IMG/VR virus record: IMGVR_UViG_3300042340_000379
Location: 143,856 to 207,855 of that record
Length of the DNA stretch: 64,000 bases
Strand: one strand, 5' to 3'
Below are positions 48,024 to 58,892 of this stretch, piece after piece; the first letter of the stretch is position 1; the number at the start of each line of letters is the position of its first letter. The position numbers and the translations under genes were made by a program. The notes beneath the pieces are model-generated. The model searched no databases, was not told where the DNA came from, and saw only the letters and a program-made list of their open reading frames with translations.

Positions 48024-48124
48024 GCCAGCAGCCGGTCACAACAGTATAGATATGGGAGTTCTCCAACCCCAGCCGGGTGCTTAGCTACAAAGCTAAGCAC
48101 CTTTTCTTATTGATTGGATTAGAA

Positions 48125-48168
48125 AGTGAGTCCAAGAATCCTCACGCCTTTAGGCTGAGGAGTGTCAA
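48125..48168 (+). mobile_element. isolated IS200/IS605 right-end fragment
   Basis: Exact 44-bp reverse complement of 23031-23074, ending TGTCAA. Confidence 0.8.
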
Positions 48169-48303
48169 TGATTGGTTCACACCTAACCTTCTACGGAGGG
48201 TTAGCTGAGGCCCTGTCATGCCTCACGCTTGCGGCCATTCTCGGCAGTAGGCAAGAGTTCCCTGTTTACCACGTTTACCTTTACCCTAAGAGATCCTAAA
48301 ACT

Positions 48304-49257
48304 ATGACTGCTGAATACACCGCTCTTTACGCCGAAACCGTTGCCGGTACCGAGGACAACGAGATTCTCATTGGCGACCAAGTTTACTTATCGTTCGACC
48401 GCGAAGAAGGCTCGGGTGACAACCTACGCGCTTTTGTGGAGCTACAAGGCCCCACCGTTGAAGACATCGAGAACAAGATCCGCTACTTCGGCTCTATCAA
48501 GATGTACAGCGTCAACGCCACCTTCCGCCTATCCTTCCAGTATCTGACCATCATCAATGGTGTGACCAGCTGGAAAGGCCCCAAATCCAACCCCAACGGT
48601 TATTACGAAGCAGTCTACTTCGTGGAAGGACAAATCCAAAATGGTCGTCGGGAGAGCTTCAAGCTCCCCCGCAACGAAATTTTCAATCCTGCTAACGCAG
48701 GATTGATTGAAGAAATCTTCACCGAGATGAAGACCGCCCAACTGGCCAAATCCGCTGACCAAAAGCTGGATACCAATGGCATCCCATTCACCGAGAAAAC
48801 CATTCTTCTCATGCAGGGCTGGGCTCTTCTAGTGCGCTGCTATCCCAGCCGCGCCAGCTTCAGCCTTTCCAAGCGTAATGAGCTACAGGGGCTGCAAGCC
48901 CGCCTTGCAGTAGCTTCTGGCCAGCCTTCGTATATCGAAGAGCTTGCCATCGTGCCCGCGCCTGCCTACATCTCTGATGCAATCGCGCCTTTCATGCCCG
49001 AGCGTGAAGGCACGGCCCTTGCCATCAGCATGAATGCAGTTGTCGGCCAAGTGCCCGCTTCTAACGGTACCCGTGACGTGACTTTCCGCGAATGGACAAA
49101 CAACAAGACCTTCAGCCCTCAAGCTGAAGAGTTTGTTCGTGCCTTCGTGGCAGAGCCCGTCGCCCTGCTTCTCACTGAGAAGTTGGGTCGTAAGATCACC
49201 GCACTCGACATATCGGCTAATCCACTGTCCTACACAGTTGGCGAAGCTGACATGTAG
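48304..49257 (+). CDS. hypothetical protein
   Basis: ATG 48304 within ORF 48229..49257; C-ending codon bias like the RNAP gene. Confidence 0.65.
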   Translation: MTAEYTALYAETVAGTEDNEILIGDQVYLSFDREEGSGDNLRAFVELQGPTVEDIENKIRYFGSIKMYSVNATFRLSFQYLTIINGVTSWKGPKSNPNGYYEAVYFVEGQIQNGRRESFKLPRNEIFNPANAGLIEEIFTEMKTAQLAKSADQKLDTNGIPFTEKTILLMQGWALLVRCYPSRASFSLSKRNELQGLQARLAVASGQPSYIEELAIVPAPAYISDAIAPFMPEREGTALAISMNAVVGQVPASNGTRDVTFREWTNNKTFSPQAEEFVRAFVAEPVALLLTEKLGRKITALDISANPLSYTVGEADM

Positions 49258-49316
49258 AGCCCATTAGAGCCTGGCCCACTGCTAGGCTCTAATACCCACT
49301 ACCCACACTAGAGTAC

Positions 49317-49353
49317 AAAAGAGGGCCTGACGTATTGTCGGGCCCTCTTTTTT
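49317..49353. terminator. intrinsic terminator
   Basis: AAAAGAGGGCCTGAC-GTATT-GTCGGGCCCTCTTTTTT. Confidence 0.7.
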
Positions 49354-49415
49354 GACTGCCAACCGGACTTTAGGGCAAACAGCCCCAGTTTCCTGGAGTA
49401 GCAACAGAATAGCTA

Positions 49416-49640
49416 GGGCCCGCGTCGGGCCCTAAAAGGCCCGTGAAAGTCCGATTAGGGCCCACGTCGGGCCCTAAAAGGCCCGTGAAAGTCCGATTAG
49501 GGCCCGCCAAGGGCCATGAAGGGCCCGCGTCGGGCCGTTTAGGGCCCGTGAAAGTCCTTTTAGGGCCCGAGGGGGTAAAGTTGGGCCCTTGGCGGGCCGT
49601 TTAGGGCCCGTGAAAGTCCTTTTAGGGCCCGCCAAGGGCC
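49416..49640 (+). repeat. GGGCCC/AAGTCC array, copy 5 (longest)
   Basis: Contains an internal 42-bp duplication. Confidence 0.85.
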
Positions 49641-50174
49641 ATAGCTATTTTGGCGATAAAATACAAAGAGTGAAGAAGAGAGAAAGTCTATGTCTGAATT
49701 AACAGGAAACACGTTCGGTAAAGCAGGTACGCGCTATAAGCTCTGCGTTAATCTGGCCAATAGATAGTGAAGCTGATAAATATAATCCAGAGGGCGATCG
49801 GTATGAGTACGTTAGGCTCGCCAAAGATTCAGAAGGGTGTTACGTCGCGGATTGCTTTATAGAAAACCAGGACGGGAAGCGGCATCCTGGTTACATACAA
49901 GAACCCATTCGTTTCTTAGCCGTGATGCAGCTTGAATTACAGATCTATCTATTCCACATGCGTAATGCTTATGGATTGAGCGTCACAGTCGTAGCAGCAG
50001 AAAGTTACGACGATGCGATCGCCATGGCGGCTACAGAAGAGGGATACTCTGTTGAAGAGTATTTGAGCTTCGGCGTAAAACACCAGATTCTAACTGCCAC
50101 TGAAAAAGCAGTGTTACTCTCCAAGTAAGGAATAAAAGCTATGACCTGTCTGGACGTAGCCTAGCTATTCCAGC

Positions 50175-50209
50175 GAATCCCCGCACCTTTAGGTCGGGGA
50201 GGATGTCAA
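50175..50209 (+). mobile_element. second, different IS200/IS605 right-end fragment
   Basis: GAATCCCCGCACCTTTAGGTCGGGGAGGATGTCAA. Confidence 0.65.
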
Positions 50210-50866
50210 GGGGTTGAACACCTTAAACGGTTCCCCCTGTGTTTTTATATAAATAAGAGAACTCGGGGACGAATTCAAACATCCGGTGCGGGAGCACCCT
50301 GGCAGAGATAGACAGGCCCTAGTTAAGGCACAGCAAGCTATCCGCATTTCCAGAACAAAGACGAATGCAAGATACGCGATCATTTTGACTGAGATTTACA
50401 TTGACCCCAAACACCATAGGCTCGCCTGTTTACAGGAGTCCTCCGCAAGAGGTATAGCCAGAGTAAGGAGTAGGGCAATCAGGAATCCAGCTCGCTACAT
50501 TATTTCCTTCGGCAAGAAATATGTGGGCCAGCCAGCCATCATCCAGCCGCCGATCGCGGCAGTCACCAAAAGGATCATTTGCGTTTGAATCAATCGGCTA
50601 AATAGGGTTAGTGGCATTTACGCCAGTTCATTGAGACCCTACTTCGGAATTTGTGGATACGATGGGATGGTTCCCGGCTCTAGCAGAAGAGGAGCTGACA
50701 GATGTGTGCAATCAATTTTATAATTATCTCTTCTTAAAATTTCTTCCTTTTCTTATTCTGTGTCTCTTGACACCCATGATAAAATTAAAGGTTAACCAAA
50801 CATCCACCTCATAGTCTGAAACCCTCATTCTCTCATTAAAATATTGATGTAAAGCTGCTCAAAGTA

Positions 50867-51391
50867 TTGGGTGGCTTTTATTTTGTATACTTTGAGTGGA
50901 AAATGTTCAGCAAAAGTATGGATTACAAAAAAGTAGAAGCACTGTGTGAAAAGGGTATGTTCGATGTAATGCGCGGACATCCCAATTGTATTGCAGTCTT
51001 GGTGACAATTTCGCCAGAAGTTGCAAGTATGGAATACAAGTTAAAAAAGAGCGCGGCCTGGGTGGTTGCGGCTTACAAGCTAGCTGAGAGAATACTTTAT
51101 TTTAGGCGGGATAAGTATATCCCGTTCCCTACGTTAACTCTCCATTTTTACTTCAACACCGCCGATTTAAATAAAGATACGAAGCTTGGGGCCTATCTTG
51201 TATCTCTAGCCAATAAGAACTCGCTTGTGCCCTATTCTGGCGTAAAAGCTTATGTTCCACCTATCTGGGGAAATACTACGCGAGGCTATGTCATCTTTAA
51301 GGAGTATTTCTCTAGTTTAGACACAAGGCGGCGCGAGGGTGAAGATAGGATTGGGGCGAGAGGGCTTACCCCCTTTTTGTTGAAAATTTAG
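50867..51391 (+). CDS. hypothetical protein
   Basis: 174-aa ORF. Confidence 0.5.
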   Translation: MGGFYFVYFEWKMFSKSMDYKKVEALCEKGMFDVMRGHPNCIAVLVTISPEVASMEYKLKKSAAWVVAAYKLAERILYFRRDKYIPFPTLTLHFYFNTADLNKDTKLGAYLVSLANKNSLVPYSGVKAYVPPIWGNTTRGYVIFKEYFSSLDTRRREGEDRIGARGLTPFLLKI

Positions 51392-51421
51392 AACTACAAC
51401 TACGTACAGGAGTTTAGATAG

Positions 51422-52571
51422 ATGATCGCTATAGAATTTGACTCGGCTCTTTTAGGAGAGACTGGTTCCAAAGAAAAAGATGGACAATACACGCGATTGT
51501 TCCGACAGAGACTTTTGATAGATCTTAAGGCACGCATAGACTTGGAGGTAGAACCGTCAGAAAGCAAGAACGTGCGCTGGCTGGTTCCGTTAGAAAATGC
51601 CCCTGCTTTTACCAGCACTCTTAATACGTATGCCTGGGACAATAATGCTACAAAATTTTAGACCAATGACTAAAGCTCAACAGCTAGTTGGAGAACTCGC
51701 CGCGAGACTTCCCACAGGCGCGAAGTTAGAAGTCTCGCGCCGAAATGACAAGCAGCTTGATATAACTCTGAGTTACACCGCTAACGGTTGCACCGGACAA
51801 TGCATAAGCCTTTGTGACGAAGATTACAACGGCCACGAACCCTGGCTGTGTGCTGTGATTATGCTAAACGGCTTAAAGGCCGATGTTAGAAACCAGTTCT
51901 TCAAAGCAATGTCTCTGCATGGAGTAAAAGTAGAACTTCCTGAGTGGGCGCGAAACAATGAATAGTTTAGAGATGAGCCCACTCGATCATGGCCGCAGGA
52001 TTGTCGAACTCTATGGCCATCGCATTGCTAAAGCCAAAAGCATTCCAGCTTGTGCGGAAGACTCTGAGGGGTATAGTGTGCGCTGGCTAACGCTTAGCGA
52101 AATTGTTAAAGACTACTGGCGCGGGAATGGATACGATCCAATGGAAAGAAACCCAATAGCACAGGGTTATATTCCCAGCAATCGGCTCTTCGATTTGACC
52201 AAACATATTCGAGATATTTAAGTGGAAAATGTTCAGCAAAAGTATTTATGGAGTATTAACCCATGATCAAAGAAATCCGCCTCACTCACACTCGACCGAC
52301 TAACAATCCTGATTCAGGTGAGCTACGGAAAGACTCAGCCATTGCTGTAGTTCGAGAAAATACATACGGTAGCTCTCTAGTCAAGTTCGATCGCTTATTT
52401 GAAACGCTACAGGAAACATTTCCTGGTGCTACACGAGATTCTGTTAATGTCGTTCATTATGGCGGCAACCGCATTAAAGGAACCTTCGGCTTAGAATGGA
52501 CAGTGTTTTATGACATCCATGAAGCGCCTAAAGGTTGGACTGCTATTAGTGAACTAGAGTGTACGCTTTGA
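51422..52571 (+). other. operon of small hypothetical genes (51422-51661, about 51666-51965, 51958-52221, 52263-52571)
   Basis: Tightly packed co-oriented ORFs with RBSs. Confidence 0.55.
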
Positions 52572-52742
52572 CGAGGAAACCATGGCCAATACTGACGATC
52601 TAATTTATTATCAAATGAGCTTACGTTTGCAATTAGAACTAGGTCTATCACTTATGAGATTTAAGTCGTAGCGCCTGACCTGAAAACTAGGCTCTGATTA
52701 ACCCGCCGAAACCGCTCAGTTACCCTGGGCGGTTTTTGCGTT

Positions 52743-52895
52743 GGGCCCTAAAAGGCCCGTCAAAGTCCTTTTAGGGCCCGCTGTGGGACGTTTAGGGCCC
52801 GTCAAAGTCCTTTTAGGGCCCAACGTGGGCCTTTTAGGGCCCGTCAAAGTCCTTTTACGTCCCGCCAAGGGCCGTTTAGGGCCCGCGTTGGGCCC
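52743..52895 (+). repeat. GGGCCC/AAGTCC array, copy 6
   Basis: Same unit vocabulary as the other arrays. Confidence 0.85.
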
Positions 52896-52938
52896 TACCT
52901 AGTTTTTTGGTAAAATAGAAAGATACCCATGGTCGAGA

Positions 52939-53796
52939 TTGATGAGCACCGCAAATTTTGAATGGTTTAGAAAAAACGACGAGCACGGTATAGCTGACAA
53001 GAGACGAGCGTTAGCCGCCGCCTCAGCTACAAAACAACAAATCTCAGAGATACCAGAGCCGCCAAGACCACAAGCCGCTGTTGTTAAACCTACATCAGAG
53101 AATCTTTGGGCTGTTTTAGAATTTGATGTGTTTGGTGCAACTCGTATCCACGGCTTTAAGAATGAAGGAGATGCGGCGACTGCATTACAAACACTGCCCA
53201 CAAAGTTTAGCGCCCAGACAACTAAGCTGCTAAGCATTGCCATCAACCCTCCACGGCAGGGGCAGGGTTTTCTAATCCCAATGCTTTCGCTAAAAGTGGC
53301 GATGGGGGATTATTTTGCTTTTTGCGCGGAACATCCACAAAGTTTGACTAAACTCCAGAGCGATCAGATCGCTCTTGTGGAGAATCTTGCGCGTCAGGCT
53401 GTCACTAAGTACCAAGCTGAAACAGCCCACATCACAGCCTATCTAGAGGACGTTTGTCAAACTGGCAGATTTTTTCAGCCACCAGGGAAAAATTATGTTA
53501 TTGATGCTCAAACTAAGAAAATCGTGATGGCGACAGGACTTGCTGCCGAGAACCCTGGGATTGAAGATATTGAGGCATTATGTTTGTATCCAGACCTTGC
53601 GGTTCTTTTAGCTCTTAAGTCTACCTACCCGCAGACTGTACAGATGGCTAGAGTACTTGCCGCACATTTGTTTGGAGATGTTCAAATCCCTGACACTGCC
53701 GGGGTTTGCATGCTGGAGCCGGGTGCTCCGTTTAAGCTATTGGCTTGGGGTGGACGGGAGTGTCTGATTACTCAAGCCGATTTAATTACCCTTTAA
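52939..53796 (+). CDS. hypothetical protein
   Basis: 285-aa ORF. Confidence 0.6.
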   Translation: MMSTANFEWFRKNDEHGIADKRRALAAASATKQQISEIPEPPRPQAAVVKPTSENLWAVLEFDVFGATRIHGFKNEGDAATALQTLPTKFSAQTTKLLSIAINPPRQGQGFLIPMLSLKVAMGDYFAFCAEHPQSLTKLQSDQIALVENLARQAVTKYQAETAHITAYLEDVCQTGRFFQPPGKNYVIDAQTKKIVMATGLAAENPGIEDIEALCLYPDLAVLLALKSTYPQTVQMARVLAAHLFGDVQIPDTAGVCMLEPGAPFKLLAWGGRECLITQADLITL

Positions 53797-53867
53797 ACTT
53801 GTTTTTTGACGAGGCAACCACTCACCCCTGAGCCTCGCAGGGGATGCCCAAAAGGAGGGCGAAGATT

Positions 53868-56800
53868 ATGCACCTTAAGCCTTTTATGTCTCCCGAAGAC
53901 AGCCCCAATATGTATTTTCTCGAACTACAGCAGCAGAATCATCCAGAGCTTTTGCCCGGAGAGTTATTCCTCTCCAACGTAAAAATGGAACGCGTCGCCG
54001 CGATTGAGGCTGGCGAGGACGAGTTCTACAGCCAGTACGAAGGCGTCCGTGTCGGGGCAATGGCCTACGACAGTCTGCGCAGACACAGACCCAACGAGCG
54101 CCCCGTCTTTCATCGGGGCTACAGAAAATCGCATACAACCAACTACTAAACCAAGAAGGGCGAAGACGATGATCGACACTATCATTCGAGTCGTGTGTAT
54201 AGCTGGCCTGGTCGGGATCGCAATCGCGGCCATCAAGTCAAAGCCCAGCGGTCAGCGCCGGATCAATAATGGGAGGCCGGGGCGACGTATTCGATAGCGC
54301 GATCGCCCACAACCTGACCATATAACCACACTACGGGATTCGCCCCGATAGAGCGATCGGAGAAGTGATGACAAAAGAGATAGAGCGACCCGCCTTTAGG
54401 GAGATCGCAAGTCGGCGCAAGGAGCAGCAGGAAGAGCGTTTAGAGGCCATGCGATCGGAGGCTAAAGCTGGCCATCCGCAATGGCTACAATTCCAAGAGG
54501 CTGTAGAAAGCATTAAAACTACTAGTGTCGCTAAAGTTGAATTAGATCTAGGCAATTATTACGGGACTCTAACCGTAAAGGTAGTGAGCGATCAGCACTA
54601 TGTTGGACTGGAGAACTGGAACGGCTGGTCTTGGCTACCCATCTCGAAGGCGCTATACGACCTATTGATCCAAGAGCTAGGTGGCAGCTAACCCATCAAT
54701 ATAAAAGACTGGTATCAATTGCATAATTTTCACTAGAGGAACAATCATGAAAACTTTGACCGTTAGAAGCGTCGACACAGATCTCAACCTGGTTGAAATT
54801 AACGACGGAGTTCTCGTCGGGTACGAGCATTTCTGTTCGATCGCAGACACTCTACCATATAAAGGAGACGTATACAAGTATGAAGGCTCTGCCCAAATGG
54901 GCGGGCAGCTAACGAAGGCCACCAAGATTCAATCATGATCAACACCACCATCCCAGCCATCTGCTTCTTCGCAGAGGCCTATCGCGACAACAACCGCATG
55001 ACCAAGGCCTACGTAGGCTATTGGGAGAAGTGGTTCTGGCATATTGGAGTTAGCGGGAAGGTGCCCCGCGACCCGACCAAGACGCCTGCCCATGCGATCG
55101 TCCACTACATCCCAGGTGGTCTTTACAAGGTGTTTCCTGGCACTCTAGGAGAAGACCCCACGGTATGTTTCAAGAAGGCCATGATCTATGCCTTAGGGCA
55201 GCATCGGCCATTCAAAAGCGACCCTTCGGTTTGCCACGATCGCTGGCAGAATGAGATATTACCCGCGATCGCGGAACTACAACAACAATTGGAGGCAGTC
55301 CATGTATAAACTTTACGCCCAGCAGTGGAACACATTCATTAAAGAAGGGACTCAGCAAGAGTGCTTGGATGAGGCGATCGCTCGAGGGTGGATAAATCCA
55401 ACGCCCGACACACGACCCGAAAATTGGTATTGTACCGACAGTTTTGCCAATGCCTATTGCAGCATCCGACTTGCTACCGAAGCTTGAATGACAATCACAA
55501 CAACAATTGGAGAATTCCCATGAGAGCCATCGACGACCCAGCCCGTTATGACACCCAGAACTGCCGGGTGTACCGAGTAAACATTGAAACGGGTGCTTAC
55601 GAACTGATCCAGACTGGATCAGTCAAAGCTATGGATCAACTGGTTCGAGACAACATTGGCGAGTACGAATACCCACTCACCATGTACTAGACCAACGATC
55701 GCGACGTGCCAGATGCTCAGAAAATTGCAGAATTTTGCGCGTACATCAAAGGTGGAAAATGAGCGATCGCACGAACCATGGCGAGCTAGAGGTAATGCAA
55801 CTCAAAAGGATGCAGCCATACCTCGAAGCCCACGGCATAACCAGTCCTAAGAAGATTGACAACTACTGGATGGGCCACTACCCAGACGGGACGAATCAAG
55901 TAATTCCCAGCAGGGTTTACGAGCCGCCGTTCCCTGGGTAGCCGATCCATCAACCACCCCGATCGCGCCCTTCCATCCTGCATAGCCCAGGCTCCCACCA
56001 GTCTGGGCCTGACCACGTCCACTACAAGCAAATGCCCAAGGAGGGCGAAGACGATGAAACTCTTTATGGCACCTGACGAAGTATTCCAAGAATGGCCTAA
56101 TATTTTTCAAGATGAAACGTTAATTGAAACGAGTGATGAAAAGTACCTCTGTGCTCAAGCGTTATCAGCGTGGGCTATGGTGTGTGGCCAGAGGGGAGAA
56201 GTACCGACAAATTTTGGAGATGTGCTAGCTAAAGTTGCGAATAGACTTGGTGTTTCGGGAACGCCTGATTCTTTCTCTGATTTTGCTAAAGAAAAAGGCT
56301 GGATTACTTGACATGCGAAACGCCCAAAAAATTACATACGACCAACTACTAACCAAATAAGGAAATCAACACTGATGTATAAAAACGCGATTGATAGCAA
56401 GAAAGTTGAACTAAAAGCCCAGAGGGAACTTGAGTTCCAAAAGAATGCGGAGAGCAAAAAGGATGCAATTCTAAAAGAGATCGAAGCGACTGTCCCAATT
56501 TTCTGGGACTGCTACCAGAAACATATCAAGGCTGGATTTTCTGCCTGGTGGAATGCTGAAGATGTTTTAGGAAGTGGGTATGGCGTTCCAGGCATTGTGA
56601 TGTGGGGGCATCTATTCATAGGTGCAGAGCGAGACTCTGACCGCTGGCGGCTTCGTATTGGATCTTGGAGCAATCAGCAGCAATATACTGGTTCCATGAC
56701 AAAAATCGAGTGCCAGCCAAAGGTTTCAATCGACGCTATGAATAGCCATCGAATGGCAATTGAGGAGAGATTTTCAGAGGGTGTCCAAGAAGCAATTTCT

Positions 56801-57713
56801 CTAATTACAGCTCCCGGCAACAAATCGAGCTTTGCGTCTTGGACTGGCCCGGATGAACTGTAATCCCAAGAATGCAATTAATACTCAATATAAAGACTGG
56901 TACATACTATGCGACAGTTGACTCCTGCTCAGAAGATGGGATTTCCACTTGGAATGTATTACGTGGTTAGTGGGGTAGAAAAAATCGAACTTTTTAGAGG
57001 CCCGTACGATTACCTCTCTATAGCCGTTGGGGTGGTTAACAGTTATACAGGCAAAGGGCTCTGGGTGATGAATAGCCAAGGGCACAAGTTGGACAAAAAT
57101 AAATACCAGAACTCCGAAGGCGAAGCATGGATTGCCAGTTAAACCAGCGCTTATGTCTAACTATCAGTTTGTAGAAACTGTCCATTCAATTGTTACAGCG
57201 GTCGCTTATCCAGTCTTTTGGGTTGTAGCCGTTACGTTCTTTTGGATCGCGCTGGGAGATGAAGACTACAAAATCCACTGGGTCTTGGCACTGATCTTGC
57301 TTAGTGTCGTTTTGTTTGAAGTAGGTCTATTGCATTAAAGGAAGGTTTTTTGAGGCAAGAACATCTAGACGAGATTGCTAAGTACCTGTCTTTTTTCCAG
57401 TAGGGTTTTAAGTGCCATAACCAAGAGCACTATCATTCGCCGGATAAAGTTTGATGAACACCTGATTTTGGGAGAGTCAAGAGTGAATATTTATCTGACA
57501 AACCAGACCGCCGCTGAAATCGTTCAGATCCTTCAGCACCATCAGTATGACGGCACCTTCCCCGATCAGCGGGTAGCAATTGAACTTTTTCTGAATGCCT
57601 ATGAACAGGCATTTCAGGAAAATGAGGCAAAAGTGACAGAGGAACACAATAGCTTTTTGCGGGCACGGATGGCATCGTTCAAGGCCAGCAAGATGGCAAA
57701 CCCCCATGACTAA
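53868..57713 (+). other. hyperplastic cluster of small accessory genes (e.g. 54365-54691, 54747-54938, 54935-55309, 56054-56311, 56375-56863, 56909-57142, 57132-57338)
   Basis: Short co-oriented ORFs, shared leader repeats, dense HIP1 sites. Confidence 0.6.
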
Positions 57714-57927
57714 CCCCACCCCCGACCAACTGATTAACTTATTTCAGCCCACTCCCTGGCAAGCCGGGAACCCGCCAGGGCCGGGGTGGTATTTGGTGAC
57801 GGTAGACATTAGCGGTAGCCGGGAAACCGAGTATGCCTACTGGCTACCCGGAGCCTGGGACGATGCGGAGAATGTTGTAGCCTGGCAACCCCTGCCGGAA
57901 CCGTACCAAGGTAAGGGAAAGGCTTGA
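57706..57927 (+). CDS. DUF551-like protein
   Basis: W...P...GWYLVT...VVAWQPLPEPY. Confidence 0.7.
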   Translation: MTNPTPDQLINLFQPTPWQAGNPPGPGWYLVTVDISGSRETEYAYWLPGAWDDAENVVAWQPLPEPYQGKGKA

Positions 57928-57929
57928 TA

Positions 57930-58071
57930 GGGCCCGCAAAAGTCCTTTTAGGGCCCGTCAAGGGCCTTTTACGTCCCGACGAGGGCCCTAAAGGGCCCGC
58001 AAAAGTCCTTTTAGGGCCCGTCAAGGGCCTTTTAGGGCCCGCAAAAGTCCTTTTAGGGCCCTAAAAGGGCC
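57930..58071 (+). repeat. GGGCCC/AAGTCC array, copy 7
   Basis: Alternating 11-bp and 10-bp units. Confidence 0.85.
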
Positions 58072-58086
58072 ATAGGAAAAATCAGT

Positions 58087-58350
58087 ATGGATATTGATAT
58101 AGAGCAACTTCTGCTTTTAGCGCAACTTGCGAGTCATAGCTGGCGATCCGTAACAGCTAAAATAGATATACAGCTTTTGCAAGCTGTATATGATAGAAAG
58201 ATCGTCTGCAGCAAGCCAGATGTTGTAGTTGATCGCATGCAAGCGTTAATGCTGGCTCGTGGCGTGCCGTTGCTTGGCACTCATGTGCATATAGAGCAAC
58301 AAGACGAATCTCACCTAGATTGGGATTCAATATTAGGTACCTGTCAATAA
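58087..58350 (+). CDS. hypothetical protein
   Basis: AGGA RBS; 87 aa. Confidence 0.5.
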   Translation: MDIDIEQLLLLAQLASHSWRSVTAKIDIQLLQAVYDRKIVCSKPDVVVDRMQALMLARGVPLLGTHVHIEQQDESHLDWDSILGTCQ

Positions 58351-58559
58351 AAGAATGGGTCTAGTTAATTTGCTAGAGCACCTAAGTTCAAGATTCTTTA
58401 GTGGAGCCATTGCTAACCTGCGGGACGCTCATGACAATGCGATCGCGACAGGTGAAGTGGATTTTTAGCGTCCGTACACTTTCCACGCGATCGCCATTGA
58501 CGATTCAATGTATTGGAGTGAAGATAGAGGAGCGCTGAGGTTAATGCCCTCTTAGGGCT

Positions 58560-58892
58560 TTGCAAGCACCACCGATGACGCGCCCTCAACCCCTCTTAGG
58601 GATGCCCGAAAGGGCTGTCGTTGAGCAGAGAATTGCCATGGAAAAGATGATTCACTTGGATGAGCCTCCATACATGGAGGCTCCCGAAGATCCTGATAGC
58701 AGCCCCATCTGGTCAACTTATAACGGGGTATTGATCGAATGCCACACCCGCTGCGTTGACCAGGCTCCGAGCGAAATGCGCGATCTTGGATACATAGAGG
58801 TCGCAAACCCTCACCCATTTGGGGAGCTATGGTGCAAAGAGTCCATGCTAGCTGAAGGATTGCCCTTGATTGAGCGAGAGGTCTTGGTATGA
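58560..58892 (+). CDS. hypothetical acidic protein
   Basis: Coupled (ATGA overlap) to the Cas11d-like gene. Confidence 0.5.
   Translation: MQAPPMTRPQPLLGMPERAVVEQRIAMEKMIHLDEPPYMEAPEDPDSSPIWSTYNGVLIECHTRCVDQAPSEMRDLGYIEVANPHPFGELWCKESMLAEGLPLIEREVLV

Noticed and set aside
45091-58024. Gly/Pro/Lys-rich ORFs (45091..45288, 47144..47374, 47163..47483, 57809..58024)
   Set aside because: These are translations of the GGGCCC periodic arrays, open on both strands, with no RBS.
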